Assembly: GCA_030704615.1 (NCBI GenBank)
Contig: CM060734.1
Coordinates: forward strand, 40,858,001-40,922,000
Source of the DNA: Takakia lepidozioides
Lineage: Eukaryota; Plantae; Bryophyta
Direction: 5' to 3'
DNA length: 64,000 nt
Of this stretch, positions 1 through 12,410 are shown piece after piece. Below the pieces are notes generated by a model. That model made no database searches and was not told the DNA's origin. It saw only the letters and a list, made by a program, of their open reading frames with translations. Position 1 is the first letter of the stretch, and each line of letters opens with the position of its first letter. The position numbers and the translations under genes are program-made.

Positions 1-2092
1 TAATGCATAGGTATGGAAGGTGAATGGTGGTGGGATTAAATCTGCTGAATTGCTTCAATCGTTTTTGGATGTAGCTTTCCGCAATGGCTCTTAGTTACAC
101 CGGCTCTGGCTGGAGTCCTCTCTCTCTCTCTGGATTAGCTTAGTAATGTGGGGACTTGGACGATGATCAAATTTTCAAGAGAAATCTCAAGTGTTCGTAC
201 AGAATGCTTAAGAGAGATTGGCGCTTCCAACTTCTTTGAGTACATTTGAGCCATCTACAGTTAGTAGTGCCCTCAGGCCAAAGACAAAGTTTGCACCAGG
301 AATTAGCATACAGAAACAAGTCGGTCAACCCAAATCAAGTCAGCACAAACAAAATCCCACGGCTTTCACCGGGCTATTTCTTCCTCGGTTTGTGTGATCC
401 AAGTTCCACTGTGGCATCGGTCCCCGTTTGGTTAGAAAAAAACGAAAAAAACAAATCCTCATCCCTTTCCCTTTGGAGACGATAGGGGTAGGGTCGTTGG
501 TGGACTTGGGAAGATGCCTGCTGAGAAGTACAAGAGACAAGTTAGTTCCTAGATTGGGGATTGAAGCCGGTCAAACTGAGGATGATGACAGTGAGGTGCA
601 TGTCAGCAGGATCGTTTTGTCCTCACCATCACAATAGTCGTGGGACCATTTCATAAGACGAGTTCTTCCAAGTCTTCTGCTTTTACACTTGTAGGGTCAT
701 CTGCATGATAGGAAAGTTGGATTCCAGTGCTGGCATCCTGAATTCTTGGCCCACAAGAAAAGCATCCCGGGAGTTCTTTAGTGCCTGGACACTTGATACC
801 TCCGAGGCTTTTATTTATGCTAACCTTGGTTGGCATCATATATATATATATCGACACATGAGTCATCCCATCCCGACCACCCAGACTTGGAGGGGCATAC
901 CTCAGTTAGAGAACCCCAGTTCCGACTGCCTTGTACATGAATACTCCACTTATACCTTTGCACATGACATGGACACCATCACTTGGAAAGAGTTCGAATT
1001 TCCAAACTCGATTTACAATTTAAGGGTGGATCTTCAGTTCCTGCTCACGCTTCCGGCCAGTTTATAGGATTCCATATGCTTTTGCATCTTAGTTCTCTGT
1101 TGCATTATCTCTATCTTACATATTCTGTTTCCGTGAAACATTAGGACCCTATTACCGTGTGTCTGTAGTGTGCTCACTTCCACCAAGCGCCATTCATATG
1201 AGTTTGTTACTAACTAATTAGTGGCCTAATTGCAAGCACCAAGTTCATAGAGTTTATTTAGAAAAGTTGCGGCATGGATATGTAAGTACCTCATATGGAT
1301 TCTATGCCAATCAACATAAGACAGTACCCCACCGAGTTCATAGAGTTTACAGTACCGTAAGTGCAGCCTGCCTGTCACAGTTTCCGGGCCCATATAAAAA
1401 AATTTATGTGGGCCAGGGTCATGTTTTTCCAGGAGAGGGTGAAAATGAGTTTTGGCACTTAAGGGTTAATAAAAATAACGACAAACCAAATACATCCAAA
1501 TAGATTATGGATAGTGGTTTGGAGGTGAATCCAGACATTTCCTTCTCCTTCATGATATCATAAATATTTTCAGCAAATGTGATAATAAGACGCTAAAAAA
1601 TGGTGTATTATGACTCACACCACCACCTCCCAATATTTGTTGGCATTTGATCTATTTATTGGCTTCTCTTTATTCTAAAGAGGAGATTAAGCATCAGTGT
1701 CAAAAATCCCCAAATCCCTATGGTGTATTCCTCAGTGTCACCTCCTCTCTTTTGCTCCAAACAATTCCAAGATGTGCCTTCTCCAGGTTTACACTTTACA
1801 CCTCCCTCAGATACTAATAACTTTGTTATTGAACAACTTATGAGAAATAGATGATCAGGTTTAATATGGATTATAGTAGACTCCACTATTCACAAGGAGG
1901 AGCCATGTGAAAAAAGTCAAGAAGACGTGGGTATTCAGACAAGTATTCAAAACGCAGAGGGACAAGTCCCATGACCCCATAAACATCTGTGCTGCAGCCA
2001 CTGGCCTCACAAAGTTGGCATCTCACACAACAACTGTTCAAAATTGTTACTTCAATATTGTAGATTTCACATGCTTTGCTTTGCTTATACAA

Positions 2093-5000
2093 TTAATGAC
2101 ATTGGTAACATTTTTCAAACAACCCAAAAGATTTGACTTGCTGGATTATATTCTCCACACTTGCCCAGCTTCCAAATCCACTCCCCAGTATTGCAATGGC
2201 CAAAATGATGAATGCGTTCAGGGTCACCATCCCCCACCACCCACCAAGCTTCCTCAATTTGCTTGGCTTCTCTGCCTCATTCTGCAACACAGTACCCAAA
2301 CATAGTGATGAAACAGCTTACTACCCCCTCTTCTGAAATCTCCGGTGTCCCATAAAGAAAACGGTTAACAAATTTGTATCCTACCAAATGTTTTGAGCTT
2401 GGTATTCACAGTTGCACACAAACTGACGATGTTCACCACAACCTAAATGAAGATGGTTACCTGGCGGGCGATAGGAGACCAAAACACAATGGTGTAGGCA
2501 ATACAAGGGATGATGAAGGTAGAGAAACTCATAAATAGGGACCCAATCATGGAATTGAGGGGCCCAAAGAATGGGAAGGCCAGCGCCAGAAACCATAAAA
2601 GTAAAGCCACTGGCAATCTGGCCAGACTTCGAATGAAATAGTGGGACTGATGCACACCCAGAAGCTTCTCCCACATGAAGTTCAGCGGCATTATATACAG
2701 CCCAAAGGCCACAGCCTATTCATGCCAGAACCGACACAACCAACACTGTCAGTAGAGGTGATTGTCTCTCTCAAATTACGGTGTACCGCAAGCAAAGTGC
2801 AACCTCTCTCCTGAAAGTTCATGGGCTTTGCATGACATGGACCCAGATTCATACTTTACCTCATAACTTCTCCCTCTGGATGTTTTGTGTGAATTCAATA
2901 CCAACACATACATAACGACTGTATATTTAAATTCTTTAGCTCTTTTAATGTGCGTGACCCCTGTACAATGTCCAACTCCCTGTGTCTCAGGGTCTCATGA
3001 ATCAATCTAAAGTTTAGGAGCTCACTGAACCATACCAATAGAAAGTGGAGGTGGACCCAGTGACAAGACAACCAGCTCGGTCATCTTAACAAACCAATAA
3101 GCCACACAGAACACCATGCTCCAAGGAACAGATCTACAGTTCTATAAATATGAGAAGATGCCCATGGTGTAGACTTGGATCTATGGTAATTCGCAAAGAA
3201 TGTGTACCTGGTGCATAATCATGAAAATGATGGCAGTGCTTCTGGCATTTGATGAAGGCAGCACAGCAAATGCATTATTCTTTTTCTGCAACCTGTCCCC
3301 AAAGGCCCAGTAGACCGTGACCGAGTGGGGAATAGTGATGGACAGCACGTACAGGGTGCAGGCCACATAGACATACTTGTAACGGATTGGCTTCCACATG
3401 GCATGCATTATCTCTCTGCACAGTACGATGAGCCCACGAAAGCATATAGTCAACAGAACACATCCAATAAATCTATGCTCTTACTCTTCAATGGAATGTC
3501 CTAGGCCAGCGGGAATCCATGACTAGAAAGCAAACAACTATGAGTCGCAGTGTTTTTCTTCTTCTTCGAGTCATGCAGAAAGCCAATGCCACATGTACTT
3601 CTTGAGATGTCATCGACATCACAGAAAACACTAAGAGAACCACTCCAGAATGTTGTAATATCTTAAGCTGGCAGTTCCAGGGATTGACATTCATTGAAGC
3701 AAGTTTTCCCCTTTTGAGATGGGGAAAGAAACCCAATGATCAACAGCTAAAATTCTCCTTTCATCATCACCCAGCAGAAATAATTGAGTGCCCCATAGAA
3801 CCAAGTTGCACTGGAAAATTATTCCCCCTCTTTAGTCATGTAGTTCATAGCCTACTTTCACACCAAAATCAAACTAACCCGAGAAGCAACTAGGAATCAT
3901 CATCCAGAGAGGACAAGGGACCTCTGCCACCTTGGGCAGCAGAAAAAAGGAATATTGGTGTACATATATCATACATGGTAATGGCATGACCACCAGAGGC
4001 GAAGAGTATGTTGGTTGTGCCTGTGAAAAATGTCTTCAAGTTGTTGGGAGCTGAGTGAGTGACATGTGGAACCTGCATCCAGTAACCCCAGCTACTGTTA
4101 CAAAGAGATAAGACAGACAGCAAATAATGTACTCATGAGACATTCTTTGCCATAGCCTTGTGCCCCCGGGCCCAGTTTGGGCGGAACAAAAGGGAACAGA
4201 CAATAAGGGTGACAAGGGGAGGGAGTTTCTGCTTCTACCTATAAAAAAACATGAAGCTGGAAACAAGGAAGGTGTGAACCTGTCCATGGGAGAGAGCTGC
4301 ACTGAACATGTACCAAGCTGTGTAAGTGGTGGTCAAAACTCCCAAGAAGGACCAGATGCGAAAATTATGAATAGTTGGCAGCAGGACAACGAAGAGGGAG
4401 ATGGCACCAAATACAAGAGTCCACGTTCGTTTATCGTGATGTGGATTCAAATAGTAAGCATTACTGTCAGACAATGGACAACATCAGTACGTAACTGAAG
4501 GCGGAAAATCCTCCATTCAACCAAGCAGCCATCAACATATTATGCGAGGTACAACTCATCCATTTGGCATCAAAGATCCCCACATGTGAAAGCTGGATAC
4601 ATAGCAATATAGCAGGTTCCAGTGCAGATATTCCTTGAAGGTGCTTACCTAGCACAAGCAATGATCTGGACTACTGCGACTGCACCCACAGTGATAATGT
4701 TGAAGAAGAGGGATACCCGTTGTGCCCACACTCCTACAAGAGAACCTAGCAACTCATGGTACTGCACATTTGAAAAGCCATCCCCAAAAAATTATGTCAT
4801 AACTGAATTGTGATTATAGATCATCCCCGCAGTAAAAAGAAAATTTCAAATTGGTGAGCCAGATGGATAGTACCTGAAATGTCCTTTGGAAAGATAACCC
4901 AGGAAAAATGCTCTTGGTTTCATATCTGAGGGTCTGTTTTAACTGCTTTGCATGCACACACCCATCTAATCATTCCCCCCCCCCCTCTCTTTCCATTCCT

Positions 5001-5831
5001 CTCGACTGTCTCTCAAACAACATCCAGCTCAACCAGCATATTTCCAGCTAGTGCAAACTCAACTTTCTACCCTAGCACACTACGCAATGTATGTTCAGAA
5101 TGGGGATGTACCTGTATGACATGTCTCTTGAAGTCCACGCCCTCTCTCTCCTTACGGACACGGTATTCTACATAGAGGCGTGCCAGTAGGTAGCAAGTGT
5201 ACACGCCTGTGCACACATAAAAGATATGGAAAAATATTCCCAGTTTGAATCCCATTTGTGAATATGACGTTGGCATTGAGAGGATGACTTGCCCCACCTA
5301 CACAATGGCAGTCACTGAATTCAGCAGGGCTTGTACATCAGGATGCGGAAATGAGTCTGTTGAAGCATCTTCTTTTCAGGGTCGTACGGTCCGAAAAGAG
5401 GAGAAAATAGAATGCCGTACTTGCAGTCCTCAGGAATCACAAGTCAGCAAAGCATGCAACGATGTCATTATTCAAGGCGTACTCAACTAATACTTCTTGT
5501 GTCACACTGTTCGTGTAGCTATCTTTCACAAATTTCAAGTTCCATGACTCTGCAGCAATACTTCTGTGTACACTATTGTGGAAATGTGAGAGTTTTCAAG
5601 ACTCACTTGGGCGGAAACAGCGTTCAACCATGCATCATAAACAGATCCCCCGTTCCAAATTGCCTTCTTGAAGAACAGTGTCGAGGCGCTGCTTGTCTTT
5701 CCCGTTGCCTGGCCATCATCGTACACTCCATTCTCCTTGGCGGAAGCTCCAACAGAGCCGTTCTCTATCTGTCCAGGATCATAGGCTTCTCCATTTCCAC
5801 TAACCTTCAAGTCTGGTCCCTTGGAGTCCAT
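2093..5831 (-). CDS. LAX: AUX1/LAX-family auxin influx carrier-like amino-acid permease (divergent), 8 coding exons
   Basis: GT-AG exons joined in frame: 5831-5607, 5297-5112, 4761-4649, 4463-4280, 4072-3975, 3415-3208, 2715-2461, 2281-2093. Motifs GGSVYDAW, LYVEYRVRKERE, DKRTWT, HNFRIWSFLG, GGHAITIEIMHAMWKP, FPFFGPLNS and C-terminal FGLFEKCYQC match AUX1/LAX. The ATG is directly preceded by an acceptor-like TTGCAG, so a 5' exon may exist upstream. Confidence 0.92.
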
Positions 5832-7849
5832 CTGCAATGCCGAGAGGTGGAGTGGTTCAGGCGGTAAGAATCAGGAGTAGATTAATTCTTCTCTTAGCAC
5901 AGCCTACTGTGGATCACTACCTGAGTCGCTGGATCACAGTGGGCGAAACATTGCCTTTGAATAAAACTCTGATTTCAAACATTGAAGGTGCAGTTATGAG
6001 GCATTTGCACTTATATTCACATGATTATGGCTCAAAAGATGCTCGACAGCTTCGACGATCCACTACTTTGGGAGTCTCGTGGATTAGGACAGACCAAATC
6101 GAGCGCCTCTCTGTGTCTACAGCAAAGACCTGCTGTTGTAACTCTGGCAAATCTTCCTACCAGTATGACTCCGAAGTCGAATATATCAATAGCAGTAAGA
6201 CTTGACGACTGTAGTCGCCCTCTGTTTGCACCCTGTTGGAGAATCAAATAGGTATGTATTTAACCCATTTAGTAACGCCTGGCGTTCCCTCAAAAATCTG
6301 CAGAAGATGAAGCTTACTCACTTGCATAAATGGTAGAATAGATTCTGATGGGTCCGCAAGCCAGCTGCTTCGTTCACTAGCAAACCACTTCAGTGAGCCA
6401 ACTGAAAGCTAGGAGATGGTGCCGACCCCAGAACGCCCACCACAGAATATGGACTGAGCAGTCTTCAGGCTTTCATTCCACTGCAGTCGTCCAACACTTT
6501 CTGTATCATATCCTGAATGGTATCTAGAAAGCCACTAGAGTCTGAATGGAGGTGCGAGGCAGCAGCAACGAGCAAGGTTATCGCTGCACCTGAAGCCCCT
6601 CTACTCACACAAGACAGGTCTACTCTTGGACTGCTCCCCCCGAACTTAAACTAAAACGTAATCCTAAAGCGTAACATGCAAGTGAGAGAGCGAGAAAAGA
6701 GAGAGAGAGAGACTCTTCTCTCTTAATGAAAGCGGAGCTGGCCGAGCACCAGGCCAAACAGCTGAAGATGTGGGTCTGTCTGAAAGAGCAGCCCTGACTC
6801 GCACAGATGGACAATACACGTAGATGAATGTGGCGTCCTGTCGTAGACAAAAAGACAAGAGAGAATGAGTCGGACCCAGGAGATCCAGAAGTAGAGATTG
6901 TGGCAACGACAGGACTGACAGTGGGGCTCTCTCTCGTGGCTGCTGCACAAGAAGCGAAACACCGAAAGTTTTGTAACATACTTAGCCACAGGAAGGCGCA
7001 ATGATTAGTGGGTGAGGCCGCCACATCGGAGGAGTGCTTTGCTAGAGGCTAGCCAGATCGAAGGAGTGAGAGAGCGAGTCTACAACACAGGCTTACTACC
7101 AATACGCGATCTCCCAGGATTTTGGGGAGTTTGGTCTTAACGTCTTACGAGCTTCTCCATCATATCCGTTTACTGTCGGTAAATAACTTATATCCAAACC
7201 ACGAGTCCTCCAGCTTTCCATCGAACCCCATGTGTCTAAGTTAGTGTCGACCCAAGAATGTCATCATCCTTCAGGGAAGACTTTTGGAAGGGATGTAGAG
7301 TGAAAGGACACATCCGAGCATAATGTCTTGTAAATACCAGCAGGGTGAGGTCTAGTAAGTAGGTGGAGAATTGACAGAAAGCTCGGGGCGTTGTGGGCAT
7401 GCAAAGTCCGAGTTGAAAGGGTCCACAGTCGACAAGTGGGGTAGTGTCGTGGACAATCGCAGCAAGGCACGTTGTGAGTTGTCAGCATTGCACTTGGAAA
7501 CCCTCAGTTCCCGGGATTTTGATGAGAGAGTACCTAGCTTGGAATTCGAACGTTTACTTTGACTTGGACCACACTGTGTCGATGATCAAACATGCTTCTT
7601 GCGGTTGGGCACTTTTGGGGATGTTTGTTTGAAAGCCTGCCTGCCTAAGTTTTTCTGAGGGGACAGTGAGTGATGGTGATTTGAGACAATTTTGAGAGGA
7701 TGAGAATTAAACACCAAAATGCAAATAGAAAGGATTGAAATTGGGTCGTCCATTAAGTTCTTACATTATAAGTTGGGTAGACCCATTAAATTGGGTTGCT
7801 CGCATTAAGTTCTTACATTGTTCCTATTACATATCTTCCGGTCTTGGAC

Positions 7850-8056
7850 CAGTGTTGGGCAGATATCGAGTCAGCAGGATATCAGTCCCCATGTCAAAGT
7901 ATCCAGACTTGGAACCAGAATTCCTTAGGACCCGGGTTAGATGCATATCCGGATCTGTTGTTTGTCATGTTGGTAATACCCGGAAGCGGCAGATATCTAA
8001 AAACCAAACCTGAAACCGGCAGGGATTAAAAAACGATAATATCCGCCCCCACACTG
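7850..8056. mobile_element. short hAT-type MITE (older copy)
   Basis: Left end CAGTGTTGGGCAGATAT, right end ATATCCGCCCCCACACTG (imperfect TIR similar to that of the 9081 element). Flanks TCTTGGAC/GTGTGGAC are at best a degenerate 8-bp TSD. Confidence 0.6.
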
Positions 8057-9080
8057 GTGTGGACCAGGACCAGTCCAAGACCAGTGTTAGGACTGGTATC
8101 ACAAAAATGTGATACCAGACTGGTCATGGTATATTACAAGGGCCCAGGACTCGTATGGTCTTGGGGTAAGGGGCCTAGGGTTTAGGAGGGGTATCAATAA
8201 CGTAGGATGTATAGGAGTAGGGTAAAAATATTTGTTTTTTTCATCTCATAGGGGGGAATATAAATATTGCCCGGGTAAGTATATGGAATATTCACTATAT
8301 TCAAGAGAATATTCAATAACCTGAAAAAAAATTATCTTCACACTGGACAACAATCATAACACAATGCACACATACAAAACCAAAACCAGAATTGAGCTCA
8401 ACACATTATTGAGTATCACAAAGATGCCAATCTCCCCACATAACTTACACCTAGTGCCGCTTGGAGGCTCACATCGCAACAATAATGTACCCCAACTCAT
8501 TTGGCCAGCTTGGGAAGGTCAGGCAACCCCACGCTCTGGGAAGAGCCAATCAGTGGGGCCGACGGAGGCTTGTAGAGGAGGGAAATGGCTCGACGGGCTG
8601 CACACACCTGTACGCATAGAAGTAAGGGGGGTACGCGTAGAAGCAGGGGTCGATGGGAGGTAGACTGGTTTTTTATATAGAGGATGGGATGGGGCCCACA
8701 TTCCAGAAGCAGCGGCATGAGGGGTGGACCCCTTCCAGAAGGCTCCACCACCGCCTCCAAAGACTATATATAGAGGGTAAGAGTTTCATTTTATTACGCC
8801 TCCCTTTGGTGGGCTCTGCAAGCAGGGCCCGTTACAAAATAAAAATTTGGAACCTGAACCATCAAAAGTCTTAAGAAAACAGCCATATATATACACTGTA
8901 TCAACAACAATCTCATCCATCGCAATACTAGACAGTATACACTGCAATATAGAGCGAGGTACGATTGCCCCTAGTATGGTATTACCCGGGGTATTGGCCA
9001 TCCTATAGCTACCTAACTAGGGTATGGTCTTACCTACCCGGGTTGATATCAATATAATTACCCGGGTTGGACCTATATAC

Positions 9081-9133
9081 CAGTGTTGGGCGGTTATGAA
9101 CTTTGGCCGGTTATAACCGATTATTAGACCGGT

Positions 9134-9177
<44 letters not shown>

Positions 9178-9779
9178 GGAGGAGGTGCAAAAATCAAAAA
9201 ACCGGATATAAACAGATCCGGCGGAGGCTAGGGGTTGAGATAACCGGCGAGCAAGTTTGGTTTTTTATTTATTGGTATCCGACCATAGCCTTAAAAAAGG
9301 ACCCGGTTATCAATAAATAGTGTCAGCATATACCCTTGCTAAGATTAATGTGACACCAATCTGGTAACTAAGCTGTCCATTATTGATTATCTGGATGATC
9401 CAGTTTCAAGGGCTAACCATCTTGCATGGCTGGTCAATCCCTGCTTGGCATTTATTTAATCTTTTTTTAATATTTTCATCATTTCAATATATGTAAATTT
9501 TTATTTTATAAAATTTTCATTTACATGACTGCAATATAACCGTTTTAAGGACCGCCGGTTATCTACCGGTTATGAAGTATATTGAACTTCCAGAACCGGT
9601 TCAAAAAACCGCCTGTGCAAAGGTCTTTAATAACCGGAATTGAACTTAACCGGTTTTTTGAAAACATCAAAGAGCCGCCTCCGGCAGGTTATTTAATTTT
9701 TTCTTTTGTCCATTTAACCGCCTCCGGAGGTTCTAAAGAAGGGGCAATTGGCAAAGAACCTGATAACCGCCCAACACTG
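9081..9779. mobile_element. non-autonomous hAT DNA transposon (MITE)
   Basis: Perfect 17-bp TIR CAGTGTTGGGCGGTTAT...ATAACCGCCCAACACTG; perfect 8-bp TSD CTATATAC (9073-9080 and 9780-9787); subterminal ACCGG/AACCG motifs; internal (AT)n; no transposase ORF. Confidence 0.92.
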
Positions 9780-9862
9780 CTATATACTGGTCGGCTCCAC
9801 ATTCATGTGCTACACATCAACATCAGCTTTTAAGCCCAACCACTAACAATGTGTTTGCTTGT

Positions 9863-9966
9863 GGACAACCAACATTGAGCCCAGGTGGTAAGGGTACTAG
9901 AGGTAATGGGCTCAAACCACTTGTTGGAAGGTGTCACCTTCCGGTCCCAGAAAGCAGTAGCCCTTC
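9863..9966 (+). mobile_element. degenerate tRNA-derived SINE, family A
   Basis: Aligns by eye with the copies at 10310, 21970 and 57008 (GCCCAG.TGGTAA...CAAACCAC...GAAGGTGTC.ACCTTCC...GCAGTAGCCCTTC). Confidence 0.55.
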
Positions 9967-10309
9967 TAGATCAAGTGACACCATAATTTCCACTTGCTTC
10001 AGTAATTTTGTTTGCTTGTGTGGAATCAGTGTAAAATTGTGTGGACCTTCAGTGTGATGTTTAGCTCTGGCTAAGCTAGGGAACCTTAGCCTAGCCAAAA
10101 CGAACGGAGTGCTGTGATGGTGCGACGCGCAAAACCAAATAGTTGACTATTGGTGGCAAGATTGTGGAGCCTCATATACGTAAAACTTGTTGTCTAAAAT
10201 ATGTTTTTGTGTCAACAGCCCCTATTTCTGCCGCAACACCTTATTTATGCTGAAATACCCTAAAATCGAAAATCTAAGCCCTCTGGTTCAAGTTGAACTG
10301 TCGGTAAAG

Positions 10310-10460
10310 AAAAGGAAAAGAAAAGTATGTTGCCTCCCCAAGGAACTATATCCCAAAGGGCTAGTGCCTTCCGGCGGGAAGGTGGACACCTTTGTGACAC
10401 GAATCGGTGGATAGAACCCTCCAAGGTGGTATGTGTCCATAACCAGTGGGCTACAACAGG
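10310..10460 (-). mobile_element. tRNA-derived SINE, family A
   Basis: Minus strand reads GTAGCCCACTGGTTATGGACACATACCACCTTGG...GTGTCACAAAGGTGTCCACCTTCCCGCCGGAAGGCACTAGCCCTTTGGG, homologous to the 21970 and 57008 copies. Confidence 0.7.
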
Positions 10461-10811
10461 ACAGGACACTGTATGGATGGCCTTCTCTAACCTGTACCAC
10501 TGATAGGTCCTCTAGTCCCCCTATATTGCGCTCAGGTACGTTTATGGCCGCTCGAGTGCATTTCGATACAATTGCTCACAAGATATCTAATAATTGCACC
10601 TGGTACAAAACATAGTATATTTAGATATGAAGGAAAGCTTTAAAAGGGACTTTCTTCAATATGTATAAAACTAAATAATCATCATCATTATTATTATTGA
10701 CACAGGGACCACTCACAATTGACAGTCGGCCCTCTTTAAATGTTATGCATGGAAAACATAACATTTACAGATCTATAACAACTAAAAGGAGGGAAAAATA
10801 TCCTACCCTAA

Positions 10812-11056
10812 CAATTTTATTTTATTTTTTATTTATTTTTTGTAAAGGTAACCTGGGAGCGGCAGCCCACAATTCAGTCTTGAGGAGGGGGAAAAATTAA
10901 CCCCCTTTCATTTATGGGCCATGAGGCCTACAGGATGACCAACGCCCAGACATACCGTCACAAACAGTCCCACACACGGGGCAGGGCAGCGGGTTTGAAC
11001 CCTGAACCACCAGGGCAACACATTGTGCACTTACCAACTGAGCTACCAGCCGATGT
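10812..11056 (-). mobile_element. tRNA-derived SINE, family B
   Basis: Minus strand has a Pol III A box (TAGCTCAGTTGG), a B box (GGTTCAAACCC), a unique body and an A-rich tail (AAAAAATAAATAAAAAATAAAAT). Confidence 0.75.
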
Positions 11057-12189
11057 GCACAATTATAAAGGTCACACTTAACGAGGTCCACTAGATGGAA
11101 AATAATATTTACACATTAAATTAAATTAAAATAAGAAAAAAAGGTCTATTTTGTCTATAATTGGATGTGCTAGTGGTGTGCAATTCTTTTTGAATTGATA
11201 AACATTTTGAATGCAAAAGAGTACTCTCTTGAGGTTGTTGTCCAATATAAAGCTGAATAGTATGTAGTGCGGCGTTAACTTGCCAAATGAGGATATTCAT
11301 AATGATTCAAAGGTGGATATGTACTGATGCAACATGAAGCCATCACAAAGGTTGAACCCTACTAGGGCACTTATAGTACAAAGACTACATAGTAATAAAA
11401 TTAATCTAAGTGTTTACAGCAAACTGAACCAAGAAGGAAGTACTCTATATTTTTTTAAGCACGTGCATTTCAACTTTTTTGACCTTACAGCAAAATCTAA
11501 GCCTATAGCGGACCTCAACTTCGAGGGACACACACACTTCCCAGGATATTCAATCCCATCTCACAGTGAAACAGTTTTAACATGAACAACTATAACAAAA
11601 ATGTTTTTTCTCCTATATAGACATAAGCTCATAATGTGCCCAGAAGGAGCCATACCATCGAGAGTGCTAACAATTAGATGAGAGAGACTAGATCTACTTT
11701 TGCTCCTCCTTTTAAAGAGACTTGCGACGGCAAAGTTTGATAAACAAAATTAATGGTCATAATGGTCATAATCACTGTACCTACCAAAAGAGGTGTTCAT
11801 TCCCACCAACTAATTGGAGGTGCATAATGACATATAACAAATATCAATATATGAAGCGAGACTTTTTTTTTGTTTTGTTTTGTTTGTTTGTTTTGTAGAT
11901 TTGAGATGTACCAAACTGCAGGGCCCGCCCTCAGTGCTTGGTACCGGTGGAAAGCCCTCGATGAGGAGGGGTGGACCGGCTTGGTCTCATGATTTTTGGG
12001 CAAGTGGTGAGGGAGATGTGGAATTCCATGTACTTTTGGTCGCTGGAAATTCATAAAAAATAGCAAAAATGGCAAAGTGGGCATTCTTGGGACAATGGTT
12101 GGAGCCTTGACAGGAGAGATATCAAGGGAAAGGTCTCCGGTTCAAATCTGATCGTAGGCTCTGTGGAAAAAAACTACTTAGATGACATT

Positions 12190-12410
12190 GGACACTTGGG
12201 CTAACGACAAAGGCTACCCAGAGGTTGCATTGGGGCCTCGACATAGGAAACGCACTTTGATACATAGGGGATTGCACTTGGAGATAGATGATACTAGACA
12301 CTTGGGCCAACGGCACAAGTTACACTAGAGGTCGCACTTGGCCTCGACATAGGAGACGCACTGGGATACATAGGGGATTGTACTTGGGCCAACGACACAT
12401 GCTACCCTAG
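12190..12410. repeat. degenerate tandem duplication (~90-110 bp unit)
   Basis: GGCCTCGACATAGGA.ACGCACT..GATACATAGGGGATTG.ACTTGG occurs twice and ACTTGGGC.AACG.CA three times. Confidence 0.6.
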
